Part shown: piece after piece, positions 29,132-38,369 of the stretch | Numbering within the stretch: the first letter of the stretch is position 1 | Layout: every line of letters starts with the position of its first letter | Assembly (NCBI GenBank): GCA_049297855.1 | Contig: JBAQVB010000006.1 | Coordinates: 1,958 to 65,957, forward strand | Direction of reading: 5' to 3' | Length of the DNA: 64,000 bases | Origin: Candidatus Nanoperiomorbaceae bacterium | GTDB lineage: Bacteria > Patescibacteriota > Saccharimonadia > Saccharimonadales > Saccharimonadaceae | Program-made: the position numbers and the translations under genes | Notes under the pieces: model-generated | What the model saw: the letters and a program-made list of their open reading frames with translations, nothing else | Databases searched by the model: none | Told to the model about the DNA's origin: nothing

Positions 29132-29671
29132 TCATTTGTTTGCGACGAAATCAAGTGTCGCTTTGATAAATGTAGTTGCGAAATTGACTTCGTCCGCAAC
29201 TAAATCTCCGTTAGCGTCAAACATTCTTGGGGCGAAACTTAAATAAAATTCTGGCCGCAAAAACACATTCGCGTTGATAAAAGTTAGCACTTTGCGCGTA
29301 TCTACTTGAGCCAGCGCCGTACCGAGTGAACTGGGCGAAGCGCCAGCCATAACGACTTTTTTGCCGGCCCAGGAATTGTGCGACGACCAACTCGTCCAAT
29401 CCAGTGCATTTTTGAGCACGCCGCTAATGCTGTGGTTGTATTCCGGACTGACGATGAATACTAAATCCGTCGCCTCGATTTGGTCACGTAACGCAATCAC
29501 CAATTGATCGGGGTGGTCATAGTTATCGGAATTAAATAACGGCAAGTTAACGTCTGCGTATTCGATCTTATTATCCGCGTCAACTTCGCCGATGATGCGC
29601 GCCAAATTATGCGCTAATTTGGCGTTCAGCGAATCTTTGCGCAACGAACCAACTATAAATAATATTTTCAT
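29132..29671 (-). CDS. NAD(P)H-dependent FMN reductase family protein
   Basis: 179 aa. MKILFIVGSLRKDSLN and SPEYNHSISGVLKNALDW motifs. SD AGGGAG upstream. Confidence 0.85.
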   Translation of the reverse strand: MKILFIVGSLRKDSLNAKLAHNLARIIGEVDADNKIEYADVNLPLFNSDNYDHPDQLVIALRDQIEATDLVFIVSPEYNHSISGVLKNALDWTSWSSHNSWAGKKVVMAGASPSSLGTALAQVDTRKVLTFINANVFLRPEFYLSFAPRMFDANGDLVADEVNFATTFIKATLDFVANK

Positions 29672-29767
29672 TGAAATCTCCCTTTTAACCTTTTAATAGA
29701 TATCTTTAACGTGATTAATTATAACATTTAATTTTTATAAATTCCGCTTGCGTGTTGATTATGCATA

Positions 29768-29776
29768 TGTTAAAAT
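29768..29776 (+). promoter_or_regulatory. Extended -10 (TGtTAAAAT) 6 nt upstream of the pilin copy 2 ATG
   Basis: Sequence motif only. Confidence 0.45.
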
Positions 29777-29782
29777 GACCGC

Positions 29783-30305
29783 ATGATGAAAATCGCAAGA
29801 AATCACGGACGAGTTAGTTTCCCTAAACTAAAAACATTACCCCCCCCCACGATCTAGCGGCTTCACTATAATTGAGGTAGCGTTAGTCTTAGCTATAGCC
29901 GGACTTATTTTCCTGGTAGTGTTTATCGCCTGGCCAGCACTACAGAATTCGCAACAAAACCAGGCCAGGCGTCAGGACGTCGGGCGAGTGATAAGCGCAT
30001 TGGAAGCATATAAGATGGACCACCAGGGACAATTCCCACTTGGTGGATGGTATAAATCAGATGGTTCAAGTAGTAACCGGGAATACAATTTCTCAAACTA
30101 TACTAACAAGCTCTCCCAAATATACAATATTGAGGTCTTTGACCTAGGCACTTCTACTTGGAGAGCTATGGGTAGCGCGCGAGATATCAATGTAATTCCC
30201 GGCAGAGTTTGTCCTGGCGACGCTCGTACACCAACCTCGGATAACGCTGCGGTAGAAGTGGGACTTGTCGGCAACGGCGACGCCAACTATTGCCAGTCGC
30301 TATAA
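29783..30305 (+). CDS. Type IV pilin-like protein, copy 2. The reading frame is interrupted at the poly-C tract in the leader (frame OFF as assembled).
   Basis: ATG 29783/29786 gives MMKIARNHGRVSFPKLKTLPPP.. and stops at TAG 29855-57. Body frame runs from GGC 29859: G|FTIIEVALVLAIAGLIFLVVFIAWPALQNSQ... to stop 30305. C-terminal Cys pair present (C...YC). One C fewer restores the frame. Confidence 0.8.
29840..29848 (+). repeat. C9 homopolymer within pilin copy 2 leader codons
   Basis: Counted directly: 9 consecutive C. Confidence 0.95.
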
Positions 30306-30466
30306 GTCATCGTTGCCATACTATGACATTAAAACATTATGTGAGAACGCTACCATGGTTTGTTCTGTTTGGTTGTTGACGCGAAATAATAATGGTTAAG
30401 GATCAATTTTCTATGCTAGAAATTCGTCTCATAAAAAATCCTACCGCCAAAAATTCTTAGGGAATT

Positions 30467-30475
30467 TGATATAAT
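30467..30475 (+). promoter_or_regulatory. Extended -10 (TGaTATAAT) 7 nt upstream of GTG 30483
   Basis: Sequence motif only. Confidence 0.4.
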
Positions 30476-30482
30476 AGATAGA

Positions 30483-31790
30483 GTGAAAAAAATCGCAGAT
30501 CAAATCGTACATTTTACTAAATTCACGCCGGGTGGACAGACCTTAGGTGAGTTGATTGATGGCCGCAAAATTTTTGCGTGGGGTGTTTTACCTGGCGAAA
30601 CCGCTAAGATTCGCGTCACTAAAAACAAAAAATCCTACGCTGAGGGATTTGCAATTGACGTTATTAAAACCGCACCAAATCGTATTGAAGCACGCGATAA
30701 TTGTTATCTGGCGACCAGCCCTTGGCAGATTTTAAACTGGAATGACGAATTGCACATTAAAGAACAGCTGACACGCGAAAGTTTTGCGCAGGCAAAAATT
30801 GATCTTAACATCGCGCCGATCGCCACCGACAATCACGAATTTGGATATCGCAACAAAATGGAATATGCGCTGTATTTCATGAGCCTAGCCGAGGCGCAAC
30901 AGCCAAATAACGAGTCGTTTTTAGCAACTTTTTCGGACGCCGATTTGACTCGTAATTACATCGACCATGACGCGCAAGTTACGGGTGGTAAAGTTTTCCT
31001 GGCTTTTCATCAACGAGGTTCACATCGTAAAATACCGATTCTGCACTCGTCAATTGAGCGACCGGAGATTTTTAGACGGGCACAACAAATGATCGACGAG
31101 TTGAACACGCGCGGTGAAGATGCCTGGAAATATCAGTCGCTGATGGTGCGAGCATCGCAAAACGGCGAGGTCTCAGCCGTATTGTTCGTCAATCGTCAAC
31201 CGCATCCAATTATGAAAAACCTAGTCGATACAATTTTGGGACATGTTTATTCATATTCGCCTAACGGATTTTTTCAAATTAATTTACCGGTTTATGAATT
31301 AGCCTTACGCGAAATTGCGCAGCAGCTTGACGCATCGAAAAATGTGGTGGACATGTATTCTGGCGTCGGCACGATTGGACTATCCGTCGCCGCAGATCGG
31401 AATTTGACGTTGGTTGAAACAGACGATCACGCGTTTGCTGAACTGCAAAAAAATATCGTAGATGATACATGCCATTCGGTGCGCGCAATGCACGCCAAAG
31501 CGGAGGAAGCCCTAGAATATATCACGAATGACAGTACGCTAATTTTGGATCCGCCACGCGCCGGTCTTGACGCCGCAGTTTGTCAAAAAATTCGCGCTGC
31601 CAAACCGCGGATTGTTATTTATTTATCCTGCAGTCCAACTACGCAGGCGCGCGATGTGGCGCGAATTCTGGGCAACGACGAAACGCAATTTAGCGAAAAG
31701 TCTGATTATCAAATCACTTTCGCGCGACCGTTTAATTTCTTTCCACGAACACCACATATAGAAAATCTGATTGTGTTACAAATTAAATAG
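30483..31790 (+). CDS. SAM-dependent RNA (uracil-5-)-methyltransferase, TrmA/RlmD (RumA) family
   Basis: 435 aa. DMYSGVGTIGL (SAM motif I), ILDPPRAGL and YLSCSPTTQARD (catalytic Cys region). Confidence 0.85.
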   Translation: MKKIADQIVHFTKFTPGGQTLGELIDGRKIFAWGVLPGETAKIRVTKNKKSYAEGFAIDVIKTAPNRIEARDNCYLATSPWQILNWNDELHIKEQLTRESFAQAKIDLNIAPIATDNHEFGYRNKMEYALYFMSLAEAQQPNNESFLATFSDADLTRNYIDHDAQVTGGKVFLAFHQRGSHRKIPILHSSIERPEIFRRAQQMIDELNTRGEDAWKYQSLMVRASQNGEVSAVLFVNRQPHPIMKNLVDTILGHVYSYSPNGFFQINLPVYELALREIAQQLDASKNVVDMYSGVGTIGLSVAADRNLTLVETDDHAFAELQKNIVDDTCHSVRAMHAKAEEALEYITNDSTLILDPPRAGLDAAVCQKIRAAKPRIVIYLSCSPTTQARDVARILGNDETQFSEKSDYQITFARPFNFFPRTPHIENLIVLQIK

Positions 31791-32268
31791 TTTTAATACG
31801 TCGATAAGTTAGCCGCATCGCCACGCGCCAACTACTAACCGAGTCTGGATCAAATTGTTTAATAATACCATCGCGCACTTCGGCAATCATAACTAGCGCC
31901 GGATTATAGGGAACCAAAGTTTTATAATAAGCCAAATCGCGTTCATGAATATTACCGCGTCCCGGATAAACGTCGCGAAATTTACGCGTCGCGATTGACT
32001 CAAAATAATCCGCTTGGCTTTTTGGTGGTAGATATTCGCTCGGCACCAAATTCATTCGCCGTAATATTTTACGAATGTCACCCAAATTGAACGAGCTGCG
32101 CGAGGCGATAAAACAAAATAGCTGGTTTTTTTCATTTAAAAAAACGCTGGCGGCGGCGCTACGACTAACTGGAATGCGATTTAAAATCATGTTTTTCACT
32201 TTGATTTCGCGCCCGAAATTAGCGTGCAAAAACTTTTCAAAACTGGCTTCCTCAATCATCGGGTTCAT
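31783..32268 (-). CDS. Hypothetical protein (161 aa)
   Basis: Intact ORF. TGtTAAAAT lies 8 nt upstream of the ATG on the minus strand (32277-32285). I recognise no domain. Confidence 0.6.
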   Translation of the reverse strand: MNPMIEEASFEKFLHANFGREIKVKNMILNRIPVSRSAAASVFLNEKNQLFCFIASRSSFNLGDIRKILRRMNLVPSEYLPPKSQADYFESIATRKFRDVYPGRGNIHERDLAYYKTLVPYNPALVMIAEVRDGIIKQFDPDSVSSWRVAMRLTYRRIKTI

Positions 32269-32304
32269 ACAGTTTTATTTTAACATATTTTTGCGTATAA
32301 TAAG

Positions 32305-35300
32305 ATGATGAATTACGAAAACGTTTTTAAAAAGGATTACAAACAGTTAAACGATGCGCAGCGCCAAGCGGTTGATCAGATTTATGATCCGCAAATGGTT
32401 TTAGCGGGACCGGGAACGGGTAAAACTCAATTGCTGAGCATGCGCATCGCCAATATTTTGCGTAAAACTGATACTAATCCGAGCAACATTTTGGCGATGA
32501 CGTTCACTGATAACGGCGCGGATAACATACGTTCACGGCTCTCAACAATGGTCGGAGCGCGCACGGCCGGCCAAGTTAATATTTTTACCTACCACGGTTT
32601 CGCCGATAAAATTCGGAATGATTTCGCTGATTTTCTACCGCGCGAAGTTGGTTGGCGAACGATTGACGAATTGCGTGAAAATAGTTTGGCGAACGAAATC
32701 TATGACACGTTTCCGCGCAATTCAATGATCAAAAATGGTGCCCCCAAACACGCCCAGGACATTGCCAAAACTGTTAAAAAATTCAAGAATCAAGGTCTGA
32801 GCCCAGATGACATCCGCCAAATTTCAGCGCAAAACGAACGAGTTGCGGCACAAATTAATCACGGACTGGGTGAAATTGAGACGAATTTATTTTGGGGCCG
32901 AACCGCCAAAGATGATATCGCTCAAAAGTTAAAAGCGATCACGGAGTTGAACGAGTTGTTTGATTCTATTGATGAAAAACGTGTTCACGATAAAGTCCCA
33001 ACCTTGAGCGAAGAGTTGACGCGCGACTTAACCGTCGCGGTGAATGGTTACAATACCGAGACGACGAATTTTGCTAGCTTTAATGCCTTTCGCGACGTTG
33101 CTTTTGATAAAGAGGTCCACAAATCCAACGCCAAAACGATCGTTGCCAAAAGATTTTCAAATGGCCAATTAGCTGAAATCGCCGAATTTTATGAACGTTA
33201 TGACACACGTAAGAACGAACTCGGCTTTTATAATTTTGACGATATGATTTTAGATACGATCGAAATCTTAAAAAACAATGCCGACATTAGAGAAACTCTG
33301 CGTTCAAAATATGAATTTATATTGCTCGATGAATATCAGGATACGAATTTAACGCAAGCGCGTATCGTGGAACTCCTGACGCTTAATGATTTTCATGAGG
33401 CGCCAAATGTCATGGCTGTTGGCGACGATGACCAAGGAATCATGACTTTTCAAGGTGCTGAGTTCGGTAATATCGCCGATTTTATTAAAACTTTTCATGT
33501 TAAAAAACCAATAATTTTAAGCGAGAATTACCGTTCCGGGCCGGCGATTTTGGAATTTGCTAAAAATATCATCGCCGACGTTGATGATGAAATGCGCATT
33601 GATCCCAACAAGCCATTGAACGCGGCGAAGGTTGACGGAAAATTGTTAAATCCACGAGCAGAGATCGCGCGTCAATTATTTGACAATTCAGAATCTGAAT
33701 TCGCCTGGGTCGCGGACGAAGTTCAGAATTTGTTAAGGGGCGGTGAAACGGGCAACAATATTGCAATTATTGCGCCAACCCACAATATTTTAGTCGCAAC
33801 AGCTACGTATTTTTCGCGCAAAAACATCGCGATTAAATACGAAAAACGCGAGAACATACTTGACGATGAAGTTATGACAAACTTATTGAACGCGTTGCGC
33901 CTGATTAATATATTGAGCGACGCCAATCAGCAACCGCGACATGCCGATTTTTTGTGGCCAAAAGTTTTAGCGGCAGACTGGTGGCAAGCGGATCCGAGTC
34001 ATATTTTTCAAATAAGTGAGGCTATAGCTAGTACCCCACACGGCCAGCCTCGTCCATCATGGACCGCCAAATTATTAGAATCCAACGACGAAACTTTGCA
34101 CGGCGTTGCGACATTTATTTTAAGGTATGCACAATTAGCCAACGAAAAAACCGTTTGGTCACTGCTCGCAATGATGTCTGGTTTTGCGCCGGATTCAGAA
34201 AATTCCGCCGTTGGAAAAATTATTCGTAATCCAATAGCGCGCTATTTTGATAACGATGATTTAGCAAAATATACATTTTCGACCGATGTTGCAACATTAC
34301 TGGCTAAATTACGTGAATACTGGCCCGATAAAAACAATACAGAAATAACATTAGATGATTTACTGAATCTAATTGATCATTATCAGGAAGCGGACCTTAA
34401 AATCACTAATCGATTTTTACTCCAAACTGGCGCCGATCCGGTTGTTTTCCTGACTGCACACGCCGCGAAAGGTTTGGAATTTAAACGAGTTTTTATTCTA
34501 TCGGCCGATAATAAATCGTGGAATGGTTCCGGCGGACGGCAACAAATCAATTTGCCGGAAAATTTGCGTTTCGTTGATCCCTCCGGACACGATCGCAATG
34601 AGCGCGTGCGTCTATTTTTCGTCGCTATCACGCGGGCGCGCGAGTTTTTGACTATTTCCAGTTCGGCGACCAAACCTCTAGAATTTCTAGATGAGAATTG
34701 GGATACGATGATTTCTCATAAGATCCCCGAACCGTTTTCAAAAATCAATGATGCGCGCACATCAGTTGATGATAATCCAAAAAGTTTAGCGGATAATGTT
34801 GCGACTGGTTGGCGCGATTTTTACTTGCCGGAACACATTTCGCCACGTGAACTATTGAATACTAGCATTAAGAATTTTGCTTTCACGCCAACGAATTTAA
34901 CGACTTATTATGATTTAATTTATGGTGGTCCGATTGAATTTTATAACAGATTTATTTTGCATTTTCCGAATGAAACTAGTGCTCAAGCGCAATTCGGATC
35001 AATTTTTCACGACGTATTTGATCGCATCGAAAAGTTTACACAGAAAAATAATACTATTCCCAGCCAGCAAGAGATTTCCAGTATACTGGATGAGGCCATG
35101 ACGCGCGCATCATTAAATGAGGACGAAGCCGCTAAAATCCGTAACGACTTGATGACCATTTTGCATAAATTCATGAAATCGCGCGCTGAAATATTTAACG
35201 TCAAAGCCGAATCGGAAATTTGGATCGATCACGTCCAATTAGGCGATGCGACGCTAGAGGGCAAAATTGATCGTGTAGAATTTAATGACGATGGGAGTTT

Positions 35301-35667
35301 AACTTTGATAGATTTTAAAACCGGGCATGTGCCAAAAGCCGACGCCGAACACGATTGGTCAAAAAGTAAAAAACTGTGGAAATACGAAATCCAGTTATAT
35401 TTTTACAAGTTTTTAGCCGAAGCAAAGTGGCCCAATAAAGTTATTAAAAATGCGCGTCTTGAAATGGTGGAGGGCTTTGGATCTGACGATGATCCAGCCG
35501 TAATTAACCTGGTATTTACGGATAAAAAAGTTAAATACGTAGCTAATCTAATCAATAATTTGCGTGGACGCGTTGATCAATTGGATTTTCAGCATCTTTA
35601 CTCCAATCCTACGATGACCATTAAGCAAATCTCTGAATTTATTAATGAGCAGCTAGATAATGAATAA
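32305..35667 (+). CDS. UvrD/PcrA-type superfamily-1 helicase fused to a C-terminal PD-(D/E)XK (RecB/AddA-like) nuclease
   Basis: 1120 aa. Walker A AGPGTGKT, motif II LLDEYQDTN, motif VI VAITRAREFL. C-terminus has GKIDRVEF...LIDFKTG and QLYFY nuclease motifs. Start may be the second ATG at 32308. Confidence 0.88.
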   Translation: MMNYENVFKKDYKQLNDAQRQAVDQIYDPQMVLAGPGTGKTQLLSMRIANILRKTDTNPSNILAMTFTDNGADNIRSRLSTMVGARTAGQVNIFTYHGFADKIRNDFADFLPREVGWRTIDELRENSLANEIYDTFPRNSMIKNGAPKHAQDIAKTVKKFKNQGLSPDDIRQISAQNERVAAQINHGLGEIETNLFWGRTAKDDIAQKLKAITELNELFDSIDEKRVHDKVPTLSEELTRDLTVAVNGYNTETTNFASFNAFRDVAFDKEVHKSNAKTIVAKRFSNGQLAEIAEFYERYDTRKNELGFYNFDDMILDTIEILKNNADIRETLRSKYEFILLDEYQDTNLTQARIVELLTLNDFHEAPNVMAVGDDDQGIMTFQGAEFGNIADFIKTFHVKKPIILSENYRSGPAILEFAKNIIADVDDEMRIDPNKPLNAAKVDGKLLNPRAEIARQLFDNSESEFAWVADEVQNLLRGGETGNNIAIIAPTHNILVATATYFSRKNIAIKYEKRENILDDEVMTNLLNALRLINILSDANQQPRHADFLWPKVLAADWWQADPSHIFQISEAIASTPHGQPRPSWTAKLLESNDETLHGVATFILRYAQLANEKTVWSLLAMMSGFAPDSENSAVGKIIRNPIARYFDNDDLAKYTFSTDVATLLAKLREYWPDKNNTEITLDDLLNLIDHYQEADLKITNRFLLQTGADPVVFLTAHAAKGLEFKRVFILSADNKSWNGSGGRQQINLPENLRFVDPSGHDRNERVRLFFVAITRAREFLTISSSATKPLEFLDENWDTMISHKIPEPFSKINDARTSVDDNPKSLADNVATGWRDFYLPEHISPRELLNTSIKNFAFTPTNLTTYYDLIYGGPIEFYNRFILHFPNETSAQAQFGSIFHDVFDRIEKFTQKNNTIPSQQEISSILDEAMTRASLNEDEAAKIRNDLMTILHKFMKSRAEIFNVKAESEIWIDHVQLGDATLEGKIDRVEFNDDGSLTLIDFKTGHVPKADAEHDWSKSKKLWKYEIQLYFYKFLAEAKWPNKVIKNARLEMVEGFGSDDDPAVINLVFTDKKVKYVANLINNLRGRVDQLDFQHLYSNPTMTIKQISEFINEQLDNE

Positions 35668-36805
35668 CGATTTTTGGCACGCGATCGATCAGCCCTTTTT
35701 CATTTTAGCGCCGATGGAAGCCGTGACGGACGTGGTTTTTCGCCAAACAATTTGGCGCGCCGGCGAAATCGCGGTACGCGATCATGGCGGAAGTTTGATC
35801 GACAACGAACCCGACATTATGATGAGTGAATTTACCAACACCGCCAGTTTTGTATCTGAAAAAGGCAAATTCTCGACGCGCGGACGATTAACTTTTACAC
35901 CCGATGAAACCAAGAATGGTCGACATTTAGTCGCGCAAATTTGGGGTAAAAACCCCACTAACTTTCGCGAAATGTCACACCAATTATTTGAGCGTGGTTT
36001 TTCCGGAGTTGATATTAATATGGGTTGTCCGGATAAAAACGTGGTGGCTGGCGGTGCAGGAGCCGGACTAATTGACACGCCTGAGACGGCAAGCGAAATT
36101 ATTCGCGCCACTCAAAACGGTTTTTATGATTATCTGCGCCAACAAAGTCCTCGGCTTGCGGTGTTAAACGATGACAAAATTCGCCAAATAATCCCAACAA
36201 CCACAATTCCAATTTCAGTTAAAACGCGCCTCGGCCTGCGGCGAGCAGATGAATTTCGCATTTGGCTACCGACGATTTTGCATGAACGACCAACGAACTT
36301 GACGGTCCATTTGCGTAGCCGCAAGGAAATGTCCAAAGTCCCGGCTCACTATGAATTAATTGCTGAAATCCTGAAATTACGCGATGAAGTTAGTCCTCAA
36401 ACGCTATTAACGATTAACGGCGACATTAGTTCCAAAGCGCAGGCGTTAAAACTGCGTGACCAACATGTTTATCATAATTCCAAAATCGACGGTTTTATGA
36501 TTGGTCGTGGCGTGTTTAATAATCCATTTACGTTTACGTCCATCAGCGCTCCGACGCGTGCACAATTATTTGAATTGTTGCGTTTTCAATTAGATAAATA
36601 TGATGAATTTCAGGATATTGGTGAATGGCAAGGCAAAATTATCATGCGCAAATTCGATCCGCTGAAACACTTTTTTAAAATTTATGCCAACGGTTTTAGC
36701 GGTGCGAAAAAATTGCGTGAAACGATGATGAACGCCCAAACGACTATTGAGGTGCGTCAACTCTTAGACCAATTTGAAGACAAATTATATAAGGACGATG
36801 CATAG
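35660..36805 (+). CDS. dus: tRNA-dihydrouridine synthase
   Basis: 381 aa. LAPMEAVTD, INMGCPDKNV (catalytic Cys) and SVKTRLG motifs. 8-nt overlap with the helicase gene. Confidence 0.85.
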   Translation: MNNDFWHAIDQPFFILAPMEAVTDVVFRQTIWRAGEIAVRDHGGSLIDNEPDIMMSEFTNTASFVSEKGKFSTRGRLTFTPDETKNGRHLVAQIWGKNPTNFREMSHQLFERGFSGVDINMGCPDKNVVAGGAGAGLIDTPETASEIIRATQNGFYDYLRQQSPRLAVLNDDKIRQIIPTTTIPISVKTRLGLRRADEFRIWLPTILHERPTNLTVHLRSRKEMSKVPAHYELIAEILKLRDEVSPQTLLTINGDISSKAQALKLRDQHVYHNSKIDGFMIGRGVFNNPFTFTSISAPTRAQLFELLRFQLDKYDEFQDIGEWQGKIIMRKFDPLKHFFKIYANGFSGAKKLRETMMNAQTTIEVRQLLDQFEDKLYKDDA

Positions 36806-36977
36806 TTGGCTTATTTTTCGATTTTGTAATTTACAACTGATCAAGTAACTAATTAAGCATGTAAGATAGAGTGTCATATAAGTTGTATTTTCCAAAAATA
36901 GGTTGACAGATAAAACCCGGTTGCACGTGGCATACGTAGCGCCATCCAAAACGGCCTTTGCAAAAAATCGTTATCTC

Positions 36978-37006
36978 TTGCAAGCGTTGTAATTTTGTGC
37001 TAGAAT
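36978..37006 (+). promoter_or_regulatory. Sigma-70-type promoter for infA-rpmJ-rpsM...
   Basis: TTGCAA (36978-83), 17-nt spacer, TGcTAGAAT (-10 at 37001-06), 18 nt before the infA ATG. Confidence 0.6.
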
Positions 37007-37024
37007 GGTCGAGTAGTTAAAATT

Positions 37025-37249
37025 ATGGCAAGTGAGAAAGAAGTCATCAAGATGATTGGCACGGTCAGTGAGAATCTGCCGGGTGCCAAGTTTCGTGTTG
37101 AACTCGAGAACGGTCATAATATTATTGCCCACGTGTCAGGAAAGATGCGCAAGCATTACATCAAGTTAGTGCCGGGTGATAAGGTTGAAGTTGAGATGAC
37201 ACCCTACGATCTCACACAGGGACGAATCAGCTTTCGACTACGTGATTAA
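37025..37249 (+). CDS. infA: Translation initiation factor IF-1
   Basis: 74 aa. [32 protein letters not shown] is canonical IF-1. Confidence 0.96.
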   Translation: MASEKEVIKMIGTVSENLPGAKFRVELENGHNIIAHVSGKMRKHYIKLVPGDKVEVEMTPYDLTQGRISFRLRD

Positions 37250-37342
37250 ACAATAATTTTTCGCGAAAACGATCGATATTTTCGTGAAAAAGTTCGTCAA
37301 ATCAGTGAAGGTTTGATGAATTAAGCGAATAGGAGAAGCCGA

Positions 37343-37459
37343 ATGAAAGTTCAGGCCAGCGTCAAAAAACGCTCACCCGATGACAAATTGGTTCGCCGCA
37401 AAGGTCGCCTGCGCGTCATCAACAAGAAAAAACCTCGCAACAAGCAGAGGCAAGGCTAA
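37343..37459 (+). CDS. rpmJ: 50S ribosomal protein L36, Cys-free (C-) form
   Basis: 38 aa, below the ORF-track cutoff. [46 protein letters not shown] 6 nt upstream. The four zinc-binding positions are replaced. Confidence 0.88.
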   Translation: MKVQASVKKRSPDDKLVRRKGRLRVINKKKPRNKQRQG

Positions 37460-37488
37460 ATGTTAATACAGGAAAAGGAATTGTAGAT

Positions 37489-37875
37489 ATGGCAAGATTT
37501 GCAAACGTGGAGGTTCCCGCCGATAAACAAATTCAGGTCGCATTGACTTATGTTTATGGTATTGGACCGAAAATCGCTCGCGATATCGTTCATGCTGCGA
37601 AAGTCGAACCGACGACGCGCACGAAGGATTTGACCGAAGCGGAAGAAAAGAAATTGCGTAGCATTATTGATGCGAATTACGACACCGAGGGCGATTTGCG
37701 CCGTCGCGTTTCAAACAATATTAAACGTCTAAAAGACATCAAGAGTTATCGCGGCATTCGGCACGGACTCAATCTGCCCGTACGTGGTCAACGCACGCGT
37801 ACTAACGGTCGCACCAAACGTGGCAAACGCGTCGCGATCGGTGGTAGTCAGCCGAAATCAGCCAGCAAGACTTGA
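37489..37875 (+). CDS. rpsM: 30S ribosomal protein S13
   Basis: 128 aa. ALTYVYGIGPKIA and YRGIRHGLNLPVRGQRT motifs. Confidence 0.96.
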   Translation: MARFANVEVPADKQIQVALTYVYGIGPKIARDIVHAAKVEPTTRTKDLTEAEEKKLRSIIDANYDTEGDLRRRVSNNIKRLKDIKSYRGIRHGLNLPVRGQRTRTNGRTKRGKRVAIGGSQPKSASKT

Positions 37876-37910
37876 TTTAACAGTAGTAATTTTATAAGGA
37901 AAGGAAATTT

Positions 37911-38366
37911 ATGGAAGAAAATAATTCTACGAATGTCGCTCCGACTACTGAAGCTCAAGTCGAGACGACCGTCGTTGCGAAGCCGGCGAAAAAAGCTTCG
38001 CGCAAAGTTAAACGTAGCGTGCCACTGGGTCGCGTTAATATTCAGGCGACGTTCAATAACACTATCGTGACGTTTGCCGATAATAAAGGTAACGTTTTAG
38101 CGCAGTCGAGCGCCGGAGCTTGTGGGTTTCGCGGTAGCAAAAAAGGCACGGCCTATGCCGCCCAAATCGCCACTGATAAAGCCGCCGATATCGCTAAAAA
38201 CAATTATGGCGTGGTTAAAGTTGACGTCTTCGTTAAAGGCGTGGGGCTTGGCCGTGACGCGGCGATTCGCGAAATCACCAACCACGATCTGCAGATTGAG
38301 AGTATTAACGACGTTACCGGCATTCCGCACGGTGGCGTGCGACCTAAACGCGAAAGGAGAGCATAG
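37911..38366 (+). CDS. rpsK: 30S ribosomal protein S11
   Basis: 151 aa. ATFNNTIVTFAD..G and GFRGSKKGTAYAAQ motifs. Confidence 0.96.
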   Translation: MEENNSTNVAPTTEAQVETTVVAKPAKKASRKVKRSVPLGRVNIQATFNNTIVTFADNKGNVLAQSSAGACGFRGSKKGTAYAAQIATDKAADIAKNNYGVVKVDVFVKGVGLGRDAAIREITNHDLQIESINDVTGIPHGGVRPKRERRA

Positions 38367-38369
38367 TTT

